Assembly: GCA_017652105.1 (NCBI GenBank)
Contig: JAGCBP010000020.1
Location: forward strand, 41,935-105,934
Reading direction: 5' to 3'
DNA: 64,000 nt
DNA from: Candidatus Saccharimonadota bacterium
GTDB taxonomy: Bacteria > Patescibacteriota > Saccharimonadia > Saccharimonadales > Saccharimonadaceae
The notes below the pieces were generated by a model. That model ran no database searches and had not been told where the DNA came from. It saw only the letters and a program-made list of their open reading frames with translations. Shown piece after piece: positions 35,976 to 43,323 of the stretch (positions are counted from its first letter, which is position 1; each line of letters starts with the position of its first letter). Both the position numbers and the translations under genes were made by a program.

Positions 35976-37202
35976 TTAATCGGTCAACCCTTTTTCTATA
36001 TCTACTAATTTAATTTCTCCGGTAGCTCTATTCGTGATTTCAATTTTGCTATCTTTCAAAGTTTTGTCCGAAATTACAATTCGATAAGGTATGCCGAGAA
36101 GGTCCGCATCGGCGAACTTCTCACCCGGGCGAGCGTCTCTATCATCAAACAAAATTTCATTTTCACGCCCAAGATATAGTTTTTCGGCCGCTTTTGTCCC
36201 CTCATCGCCAATTCCTACTAAATAATATTTAAACGGTGCTACCGCTTCTGGCCAAACCAAACCTTTTTCATCGGCAAATTTCTCCGCCACTACGCCCATC
36301 ACACGGGATACGCCAATACCGTAGCACCCCATATATACCATCTGAGCGTTATTGGATTCATCGGTGTATTTTAGCCCGAGAGGCTCGGTGTATTTAAATT
36401 TCAATTTAAAAATATTGCCTACTTCAGCCGCTTTGGCTCCCTCAAAATCAGCTTTTGAAACTCCAAATTCGCTCAAAACTTCATCGTTAAATACTTCCTT
36501 GTTAAACACCAAAGATTTGTCTTTGTTATAATAAATCGTGTCCTCGCCCACTGGCAAAATAGTCTGATACTCATGTGAAAACTTAGAGAAAATTCCGCCC
36601 GAAGCAAAAGTTTCGTAAGTGGAATCACCTAGCCCTAATCTTTCAAAAATTTTGGCGTAAGCCGTTTCCACCTTGCTATAAAAATCATCCAAATCCGCTT
36701 CAGAGGCATGAAAACTATAAAGATCTTTCATCAAAAATTCTCGCCCTCGCATTACTCCAGATTTCGCCCTCATTTCATTTCTAAATTTGGTCTGAAATTG
36801 ATAAACATAAACCGGTAAATCCTTGTAAGAGGAAAGGTAGGTTTTCATCATGTTTACCATCGGCTCCTCGTGAGTTGGTGCTAATCCCAAAAGTCCGCCC
36901 GAGGCCAGCTCAGTTTTAAACCAAATATCTACTTCTTGATCGGAAAAGCGGCCAGTAGCTTCCCAGAGTTCGGGATTTTGAAGGGCGCTCATTTGCACTT
37001 CTTCGCAATCGATAGCGTTTAATTCTTCCCTGATAATATTTTTGATTTTCTCAAGAACCAATACGCCTAGCGGCAGATAATCATAAATTCCCGCAAGCTC
37101 TTTGTGTATGTATCCAGCGCGAGTGAGCAGCGCACCGTTCCTTGCGATTTCGTCTTTTGGTGCCTCCCTTAGAGTTTTAATAAAAGTCTTCGATAATCTC
37201 AT
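35976..37202 (-). CDS. proS: Proline--tRNA ligase, bacterial type without the INS editing domain
   Basis: Bacterial-type N-terminus (MRLSKTFIKTLREAP...), class II motifs and an anticodon-binding C-terminus. Only 408 aa. Confidence 0.9.
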   Translation of the reverse strand: MRLSKTFIKTLREAPKDEIARNGALLTRAGYIHKELAGIYDYLPLGVLVLEKIKNIIREELNAIDCEEVQMSALQNPELWEATGRFSDQEVDIWFKTELASGGLLGLAPTHEEPMVNMMKTYLSSYKDLPVYVYQFQTKFRNEMRAKSGVMRGREFLMKDLYSFHASEADLDDFYSKVETAYAKIFERLGLGDSTYETFASGGIFSKFSHEYQTILPVGEDTIYYNKDKSLVFNKEVFNDEVLSEFGVSKADFEGAKAAEVGNIFKLKFKYTEPLGLKYTDESNNAQMVYMGCYGIGVSRVMGVVAEKFADEKGLVWPEAVAPFKYYLVGIGDEGTKAAEKLYLGRENEILFDDRDARPGEKFADADLLGIPYRIVISDKTLKDSKIEITNRATGEIKLVDIEKGLTD

Positions 37203-37208
37203 AGCCTA

Positions 37209-37217
37209 ATTATATCA
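37209..37217 (-). promoter_or_regulatory. Extended -10 TGaTATAAT 6 nt upstream of the proS ATG (leaderless)
   Basis: Minus strand reads TGATATAAT-TAGGCT-ATG. No SD. Confidence 0.6.
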
Positions 37218-37229
37218 TCTCTTTAGGTT

Positions 37230-37964
37230 TTATACCATCCCGGCTACATAGACCAAGAAAAACGCCACACCGTTATTAATCATGTGGACTAAAGTCCCGG
37301 CATAAATTGTACCAGTTATTTCTCTTAGGCAGCAATTGACTACCGACATTGCAAACACGGTAATTCCTATATTCCATTGCATATGAATTGCTCCAAAAAC
37401 CACAGAAGTCACCAAAATCGCCACCCATTTAGGTATTTTTACACGTAATTTTCCGTATAGCCACCCTCGAAAAATAATTTCTTCCGCAATTGGCGCAATC
37501 ACCACCAATGCGATAAACGCAATTCCCCGTTCCATTCCCATCATATAGTGGCTATAGCCGAGTTCTTGAGCTTCATTAGCGTTAAACCATGGCATAAAAT
37601 TAAAAATCCAAGTTAGCCCAGCCGCTATAGCAATACTCGCTACATATCCAATCGGCGACAGCCCAATGTCTGTCCAAGTCGGAAGCCCCCTGAGCCCAAT
37701 TCTTTCTCTAGAAATAATCTGGGGTTTTTTCTGTTTTTTGATCAGCTGAATGATTTTTGGTACCAAAAAAACCAGAATCAGAAGCGACAAAGTGTAGGTG
37801 ATTGCCGAAAAAAGCATATTGGTAATCGGCATAGCTATTGTATCCACTGGCAACATTCGTGTCATCAAAAATCCCAAACCCAGTTGCACTCCAATAACTA
37901 CTACCGCTACTAAAGCGCAAATTCCTACCGTGTACCAAAATTTCATCCACCCTTTATTTTTCAT
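37230..37964 (-). CDS. CPBP-family intramembrane glutamic endopeptidase (CAAX protease-like)
   Basis: EEIIFRGWLY, FGAIHM and HMINN motifs within a multi-TM protein. 4-nt overlap with rseP. Confidence 0.75.
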   Translation of the reverse strand: MKNKGWMKFWYTVGICALVAVVVIGVQLGLGFLMTRMLPVDTIAMPITNMLFSAITYTLSLLILVFLVPKIIQLIKKQKKPQIISRERIGLRGLPTWTDIGLSPIGYVASIAIAAGLTWIFNFMPWFNANEAQELGYSHYMMGMERGIAFIALVVIAPIAEEIIFRGWLYGKLRVKIPKWVAILVTSVVFGAIHMQWNIGITVFAMSVVNCCLREITGTIYAGTLVHMINNGVAFFLVYVAGMV

Positions 37965-39313
37965 CTAAAAAACCTCGTAATATCTAAAATTGTGACAATC
38001 GCAATCAACGCTAAGAGTACCATAAAGGCCCTAGCTACGATTTTTTCTTCAATTTCCTTAGTTAATTTCTTTTTTCTCAGCTTAAAAATTCCAATTAATA
38101 CCCACCTACCACCATCTAGCGCCGGGATTGGCAGTACATTCATACAGGCTAGCGAAATCGAGATTAAGGCCGTAATGAACATAATATTAGAAAAACCTCC
38201 CGAGACAAACGATGGGAAAATAATTCCGAGAATTCCTACCGGCCCGGTTACTGAATTTCCTACCGTTTCGATAGCTTCACGCCCGCTTTCGCGCACCGAA
38301 TCATCTGGGCTAAATTGCCTACCTACGCCAGTTATTAGATTCCAAACCAATTCACCGAGCCCCTTGAAGGTCTCGCCAGTCATTTGTAAAGTCAACCCAG
38401 CGCCCACAATTGGTGCACTCCAAGTCGAATAGGACAAAGATTCCGAAGATTCCATCGATACTCCTAGTAGATACTCTGCATCCGCCGCATTAAGAGTAGC
38501 GGTTAAATCTTTTTCTTCTGTGTAGGTATAGGTAGGTTCTTTACCGTCTACTGCCATTCCTACGACTGGGCATATTTTATGGCTCGGCGTTTTATCGCAA
38601 TCGGTAGTCCGTCTTACCGTGTATTTTACTTCCTCTCCCGCATGTTCCTTGTTAATCTTAATAATTTCGGACCCATACCAAACTTCCTCTCCATTTACTT
38701 TCAGAATATAATCACCTTCTAGGAATCCCGCTGCTTCCGCTGGCGAGCCCTCATGCACATTTTTCACCTTTACTGGCGTTTGCTCCACTCTTGTGTCGGC
38801 CTCCACCGTGAATTGTCCGTCCAGAAATGTCGGCATTCCGGTCCACGCCAAAATAGTCAAAACGATAAATGCCACCAGCCAGTTCATCGCCACACCGGCA
38901 AACAGAATTTTAGTCTTTTTCCAAAAATTGGCTTTACCAAAGGTTCCTGGCCTGTCATCCACCGCCGATTCCCCATCCATTTGACAAAAACCGCCAATCG
39001 GAATCCAGTTGAGACTAAAAACCAACCCTTTCTGAAAGATTTTTTTGTCATCCGCGCTCACGCCACTTTTATTATTGTCTACCCCCACTGTCTTGGTGAT
39101 GTTGCTTTTTGTCCACTCTGAGCGTTTAAACCTCCGCCATTTGCCGGTTTTAGGATCTTTAATCCAGGCTATCGCCCTCGGCGGGAAACCGATTCCAAAC
39201 TCCAAAACATTTACCCCATTACGCCTAGATGCAATAAAATGCCCAAACTCGTGCGCTACCACCAGTATCATCAAGACAATTAAACCAACTACCACACCTA
39301 CAAAAATATCCAT
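37961..39313 (-). CDS. rseP: RIP (site-2) zinc metalloprotease RseP
   Basis: HEFGHF motif in the first TM helix, a PDZ-like region, and an NVLPIPALDGG motif. Confidence 0.85.
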   Translation of the reverse strand: MDIFVGVVVGLIVLMILVVAHEFGHFIASRRNGVNVLEFGIGFPPRAIAWIKDPKTGKWRRFKRSEWTKSNITKTVGVDNNKSGVSADDKKIFQKGLVFSLNWIPIGGFCQMDGESAVDDRPGTFGKANFWKKTKILFAGVAMNWLVAFIVLTILAWTGMPTFLDGQFTVEADTRVEQTPVKVKNVHEGSPAEAAGFLEGDYILKVNGEEVWYGSEIIKINKEHAGEEVKYTVRRTTDCDKTPSHKICPVVGMAVDGKEPTYTYTEEKDLTATLNAADAEYLLGVSMESSESLSYSTWSAPIVGAGLTLQMTGETFKGLGELVWNLITGVGRQFSPDDSVRESGREAIETVGNSVTGPVGILGIIFPSFVSGGFSNIMFITALISISLACMNVLPIPALDGGRWVLIGIFKLRKKKLTKEIEEKIVARAFMVLLALIAIVTILDITRFFR

Positions 39314-39319
39314 AAACTT

Positions 39320-39330
39320 ATTATATCACA
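39320..39330 (-). promoter_or_regulatory. Extended -10 TGTGaTATAAT 6 nt upstream of the rseP ATG (leaderless)
   Basis: Minus strand reads TGTGATATAAT-AAGTTT-ATG. No SD. Confidence 0.6.
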
Positions 39331-39345
39331 AAACTTGCAAAAACT

Positions 39346-40017
39346 TTATTTTCCAAATCGCCGGTTACGATTTTCAAATTCTTCTACGATTTTGGTAATA
39401 TCTTCCGCGGTCATTTCCGGGAAGTATTTTTTGATAAACATAAATTCTGCATACGAGGACCGCCAGAGCATAAATCCAGAAATCCGCTCCTCTCCTGATG
39501 TGCGAACCACCATGTCAATATCCGGCACTTCTGGATGATAAAGATGATCGCGAATGCTTTCCGGTGTAATTTCTAGGCCATTTTGAAGCGCCGCATTGGC
39601 GGCATCGGCAATTTCCTTCTCGCCACCATAATTAAAACAAAAACAAACCGTAATTCCCGTGCAATCAGCGGTAATTTTTTCGGCTTTTTCTAGCGCCGAT
39701 GTTAGTACCGGCCCGATTTTGTCTCGAGAACCTAGAATTAGCATTCGCGCATTTTTGGCGGCTAACTTCTCGGCGTATTTGAGAATCCTAGTCTCAGCTA
39801 GTTTCATGATGTAGCTAACTTCATCCTTGCTTCGCCCCCAGTTCTCAGTGCTAAAAACATAAAAAGTGAGATATCTAATGCCGGCCTCGCTCGCAGCCTC
39901 GGTCAGAAGCTCAATCGTGTCTAAACCTTTTTTGTGCCCTTCAATGGTAGGAAGCCCCTGGGCTTTGGCCCAACGGCGATTCCCATCCGCGATAATTCCT
40001 AAATGTTCTAAACTCAT
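39346..40017 (-). CDS. uppS: Undecaprenyl-diphosphate synthase (isoprenyl transferase)
   Basis: IIADGNRRWA and RTSGEERISGFMLW motifs. Confidence 0.9.
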   Translation of the reverse strand: MSLEHLGIIADGNRRWAKAQGLPTIEGHKKGLDTIELLTEAASEAGIRYLTFYVFSTENWGRSKDEVSYIMKLAETRILKYAEKLAAKNARMLILGSRDKIGPVLTSALEKAEKITADCTGITVCFCFNYGGEKEIADAANAALQNGLEITPESIRDHLYHPEVPDIDMVVRTSGEERISGFMLWRSSYAEFMFIKKYFPEMTAEDITKIVEEFENRNRRFGK

Positions 40018-40019
40018 AA

Positions 40020-40565
40020 TTACAACTTCATTATCTCATCAGATTTATTTTTGAATTCGCTGTCTACTTTGTCGGTAAATTCTTTAGTGAGCTCATCAAT
40101 CTCTTTTTCGGCGCGTTTTTTTACGTCCTCGCTCATTTCCTCAGCGATTTTAACGGCTTTTCTGGCATCTTCGCGGATGTTTCTCAGTGCCACCTTGGCG
40201 TTTTCTACTTTTGCCGAAGCGTTTTTAACGATTTCTTTGCGGCGCTCCTCAGTGAGGGCTGGAATCGGTACGCGAATTACTCTACCATCATCGGCCGGAT
40301 TGAGACCAAGCGATTGGTCGGCTCGGATAGCCGATTCGATTGCGGCAATATTTGCCGGATCGAATGGTGTGACTACAAGGAGTGTGGCGTCCGCTGCAGT
40401 AATGTTAGCAGCTTGGTTTAGTGGCATAAATTGCCCGTAAACTTCTACCTTTATCCCAGAGAGCATATCTGGATGTGCCCGCCCAGTTCGGACTTTTTTC
40501 ATTTCATCTTTAAATCGCTCAATGGTTTCCTCCATTTTTTTGCGATCTTCTTTGATATCGAACAT
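40020..40565 (-). CDS. frr: Ribosome recycling factor
   Basis: Typical RRF pattern (VRTGRAHP..., VPIPALTEERRKE). Start set at the ATG at 40565 after SD AAGGAG. Confidence 0.92.
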   Translation of the reverse strand: MFDIKEDRKKMEETIERFKDEMKKVRTGRAHPDMLSGIKVEVYGQFMPLNQAANITAADATLLVVTPFDPANIAAIESAIRADQSLGLNPADDGRVIRVPIPALTEERRKEIVKNASAKVENAKVALRNIREDARKAVKIAEEMSEDVKKRAEKEIDELTKEFTDKVDSEFKNKSDEIMKL

Positions 40566-40589
40566 AAGAGCTCCTTGTTTATTACTATT

Positions 40590-40600
40590 ATTATAACACA
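40590..40600 (-). promoter_or_regulatory. Extended -10 TGTGtTATAAT for frr
   Basis: Reverse complement of 40590-40600. About 25 nt upstream of the frr ATG. Confidence 0.5.
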
Positions 40601-40603
40601 AAA

Positions 40604-40632
40604 ACTCAAAAATAGCCCTCGCGGGCTATTTT
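40604..40632 (-). terminator. Terminator after tsf
   Basis: Stem AATAGCCC/GGGCTATT with a 4-nt loop, followed on the minus strand by TTTGAGTTTT. Confidence 0.55.
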
Positions 40633-40652
40633 ACCCCCCACAGACAGAGAGT

Positions 40653-41243
40653 TTACTCTGTTACACCAAGTTCAATTCGTTTGAATTGGCGCACGGTGAT
40701 ATTTTCACCAGTCTTGGCGATAGCTTCCTTGATGAATTGCTCCACAGTCTTGGTGTCATCCAAGATATATGGTTGATTCATGAGGACCTTGTCCGAAAAC
40801 GCCTTCTTGACTTGGCCTTCCAAGATCTTTTCCTTCATATTCTCTGGGCCTTTGAAGTTCTCTTCAAGCTCTTTGATTTTAGCCTTCTTGTCAGCCTCTG
40901 GAATGTCTTCTTCAGACACGTAGAGTGGCGCCATTGATGCAATTTGCATGGCGATTTGGTGAGCCAAAGTCTTGAATTCCTCAGTTTTGGCCACAAAAGA
41001 GGTTTCACAGTTCACCTCTACGATTGCCCCAAGCCGACCATCGTGAATATAAGCTTCTACCAAGCCTTCCCGAGTCTCACGGTCACCACGCTTCTCGGCT
41101 TTGGTCAAACCTTTCTTTCTCATAGCCTCAAGAGCTTTATCAAAATCCCCGCCAGCTTCTACTAAAGCCTTCTTAGCATCGGTCAGCCCTGCGCCAGAAA
41201 GTTCTTTTAATTTTTTGATTTGTTCGACTGTTACTTCAGCCAT
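40653..41243 (-). CDS. tsf: Elongation factor Ts (short form)
   Basis: UBA-like N-terminus (QIKKLKELSGAGLTDAKKALVEAGGD), 196 aa. Confidence 0.9.
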   Translation of the reverse strand: MAEVTVEQIKKLKELSGAGLTDAKKALVEAGGDFDKALEAMRKKGLTKAEKRGDRETREGLVEAYIHDGRLGAIVEVNCETSFVAKTEEFKTLAHQIAMQIASMAPLYVSEEDIPEADKKAKIKELEENFKGPENMKEKILEGQVKKAFSDKVLMNQPYILDDTKTVEQFIKEAIAKTGENITVRQFKRIELGVTE

Positions 41244-41283
41244 GTTTGCCTCCTTTTAAAAGCTTAAATTATTAAAAATAAAA

Positions 41284-41970
41284 TTATTTACGACCTTCTT
41301 TGATTGCTGCTACAATGTAATCCAAGATAAGCGCGGTAGCCTTAATCGCATCATCATTTGCCGGAATCACATAGTCAATATTGCTTGGATCCACATTGGT
41401 ATCGGTGATAGCAAATACGGGGATATGCAAATTGTTTGCCTCTTTGATTGCGTTCTTGTCCTCTGAAGCATCCACCACTACAATGGCTGCTGGCTGCTCG
41501 CTCATATTCTTGATGCCGCCATAGCGTTCGTTGAGCAAATCAATTTCCTCTTGGAACCTCTGAACTTCAAGCTTAGAATAGCGATTCTCGAGCTCGCCCG
41601 AAGCCATTCTCTTTTCTAGATCTTTAAGCTTGCGAATTTGGCGGTTAACAGTTTCTACGTTAGTCAGGGTACCGCCAACCCAGCGCACCGTCACATAAGG
41701 CATTTCTACAGACTCAGCAGCGGCCTTTACGGTATCCTTCATTTGCTTCTTGGTGCCTACAAAGAGGATTTTCTTGTCCTTTTTGGCAATTTCGGTAAGA
41801 GCTGGGAGAGCCGTCTCTAGCGCCTCTACGGTCTTATCTAGGTTGATAATATGCGCACCCTGTTTTTTGGAATGAATATACGGTGCCATTTTTGGGTGCC
41901 ACCGGCTCGCTTTGTGCCCAAAATGAGCGCCAGCTTCGAGCAAAGCTTTCATATCGACATTTACTGCCAT
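41284..41970 (-). CDS. rpsB: 30S ribosomal protein S2
   Basis: LLEAGAHFGHK motif. Start set at the ATG at 41970. Confidence 0.95.
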   Translation of the reverse strand: MAVNVDMKALLEAGAHFGHKASRWHPKMAPYIHSKKQGAHIINLDKTVEALETALPALTEIAKKDKKILFVGTKKQMKDTVKAAAESVEMPYVTVRWVGGTLTNVETVNRQIRKLKDLEKRMASGELENRYSKLEVQRFQEEIDLLNERYGGIKNMSEQPAAIVVVDASEDKNAIKEANNLHIPVFAITDTNVDPSNIDYVIPANDDAIKATALILDYIVAAIKEGRK

Positions 41971-42068
41971 AATATGATTTCCTTTCTCTTTGATTACGGA
42001 ATCCATCAGCCTCGCTTTTGATGAGGAAACCTCCCGTAATCTGTTTCGTTAAATTAGTATATACCCTA
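41971..42068 (-). promoter_or_regulatory. Structured 5' leader of rpsB (about 92 nt)
   Basis: Long-range helix ATTACGG/CCGTAAT (41993-41999 with 42034-42040) encloses further short helices (CATCA/TGATG, GAGG/CCTC). Confidence 0.4.
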
Positions 42069-42097
42069 ATTATACCACACATGCTTGTAAAAATCAA
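42069..42097 (-). promoter_or_regulatory. Promoter TTGATT-17-TGTGgTATAAT for rpsB
   Basis: -10 at 42069-42074 and -35 at 42092-42097 on the minus strand. Confidence 0.7.
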
Positions 42098-42113
42098 GTC
42101 TATCCGTTAAAAT
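42085..42113 (+). promoter_or_regulatory. Promoter TTGTAA-17-TAAAAT for the ClpP-like gene
   Basis: -35 at 42085-42090, -10 at 42108-42113. Interleaved with the rpsB promoter. Confidence 0.55.
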
Positions 42114-42158
42114 ACATTCTAATAGGGTGGTGCCGCAACTTAAAAAGGAGGTGGTTTT

Positions 42159-42797
42159 ATGCTGAAAGATTTCATGCCAGATCAAGCTAAAGTTTCGCTC
42201 AATCTAAACGAATATCTTGCTTACCAGGATTATTTAGATCGGCGACTTTATCTAAACACAGCAATTAGCTATATTGAGGGGATCGTTTTGGTCGGCGAAT
42301 CCTCTATTGCGAATGAGCTAGTTGGGTGGATTTTTGACTACAACCGCGACGATCAAGATAAGCCGATAGAAGAACGCAAGCCGATTAGGCTTTACATCGA
42401 TTCTCCGGGTGGTGACATAATTGGTGGATCTGCAATCATTAACGCTATCAAAGTGAGCAAGACCCCAGTCTATACCATCAACGTTGGGCAATGGAGTTCC
42501 ATGGCATTTTTAATTGGGATTACAGGTCACCGGCGTTTCTCTCTGCCGGATATGACTTTCCTTATGCATGATGGAAATCTTTTTGCATCGGGCTCTACTA
42601 ACAAGGCTCAAGACAAAATGAAGTTTGATGAGCGATTCGAAAATGAAGTCATTAGAACCCATGTTTTAAAACATAGCAATATGAAGCCGGTAGAATATGA
42701 CGCACTTGCACGCGTAGAATACTATATGCTCCCTCAAGATGCATTGAAACACGGTTTCATCGATGAAATTGTTGAAGACATTGACACCATCCTCTGA
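42159..42797 (+). CDS. ClpP-family (S14) serine peptidase homolog, divergent
   Basis: LYIDSPGGD block. Ser in GQWSSMAF and His in LMHDG occupy the catalytic positions. Glu sits where the canonical Asp is expected. SD AAGGAGGTG. Confidence 0.6.
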   Translation: MLKDFMPDQAKVSLNLNEYLAYQDYLDRRLYLNTAISYIEGIVLVGESSIANELVGWIFDYNRDDQDKPIEERKPIRLYIDSPGGDIIGGSAIINAIKVSKTPVYTINVGQWSSMAFLIGITGHRRFSLPDMTFLMHDGNLFASGSTNKAQDKMKFDERFENEVIRTHVLKHSNMKPVEYDALARVEYYMLPQDALKHGFIDEIVEDIDTIL

Positions 42798-42826
42798 AAA
42801 AAAGCGGGCCTTTGGGCCCGCTTTTC
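42797..42826 (+). terminator. Rho-independent terminator after the ClpP-like gene
   Basis: Stem GCGGGCC/GGCCCGC with a TTTG loop, flanked by A and T runs. Confidence 0.85.
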
Positions 42827-42828
42827 CC

Positions 42829-42857
42829 TTTACAATTTTAAAAATCTCTGATATAAT
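42829..42857 (+). promoter_or_regulatory. Promoter TTTACA-17-TGaTATAAT for rpmE2
   Basis: -35 at 42829-42834, -10 at 42852-42857. Only 11 nt to the ATG at 42869. Confidence 0.65.
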
Positions 42858-42868
42858 AGATACCAATT

Positions 42869-43213
42869 ATGAGTAAAACAGATTTACACCCTAAAGATTA
42901 TCGTGCTGTGGTTTTTTCGGACGAAGCCGCCGGCTTTTCGTTTTTGACAAAATCCACTGCTAAAAGCGATGAGACTATCAAATGGACTGATGGCAATGAA
43001 TACCCATTGGTCAAGGTGCAGATTTCTTCAGCGAGCCACCCATTCTTTACTGGCGAAGAGAAGATTATCGATACCGAAGGTCGCGTAGATCGCTTCAAAG
43101 CTCGCGCTGAGCGTGCTGCTAAGCTTCGCGATTCTCTTGGCAATAAGGCCAAAAAAGCCGCCAAAGAATCCGAAAAAAAGGCAGAAAAAGCCGCATCCGA
43201 AATCAATAAGTAA
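42869..43213 (+). CDS. rpmE2: 50S ribosomal protein L31 type B with a Lys/Ala/Glu-rich C-terminal extension
   Basis: [16 protein letters not shown] and GRVDRF motifs. No CxxC zinc motif. Confidence 0.85.
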   Translation: MSKTDLHPKDYRAVVFSDEAAGFSFLTKSTAKSDETIKWTDGNEYPLVKVQISSASHPFFTGEEKIIDTEGRVDRFKARAERAAKLRDSLGNKAKKAAKESEKKAEKAASEINK

Positions 43214-43219
43214 TCATCA

Positions 43220-43262
43220 AAAAATCGGCGCCCTCGCAGTTATAATCGGCGCCGATTTTTTC
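43220..43262 (+). terminator. Rho-independent terminator after rpmE2
   Basis: Stem ATCGGCGCC/GGCGCCGAT (43224-43232 with 43248-43256) followed by TTTTTT. Confidence 0.8.
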
Positions 43263-43280
43263 CTGTCAATTTGTAGAGTA

Positions 43281-43316
43281 CTCTTAGTGGGGTAACACAC
43301 CTATCCCCACTAAGAG
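43281..43316 (-). terminator. Perfect 12-bp hairpin downstream of the adhesin gene (no U-tract)
   Basis: CTCTTAGTGGGG / CCCCACTAAGAG with a 12-nt loop, 8 nt after the stop at 43324. Confidence 0.4.
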
Positions 43317-43323
43317 CGGTAAA

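Noticed and set aside
40431-40937. 168-aa plus-strand ORF spanning the frr-tsf intergenic region
   Set aside because: It is antisense to frr and tsf and crosses the tsf terminator and the frr promoter. No start context.
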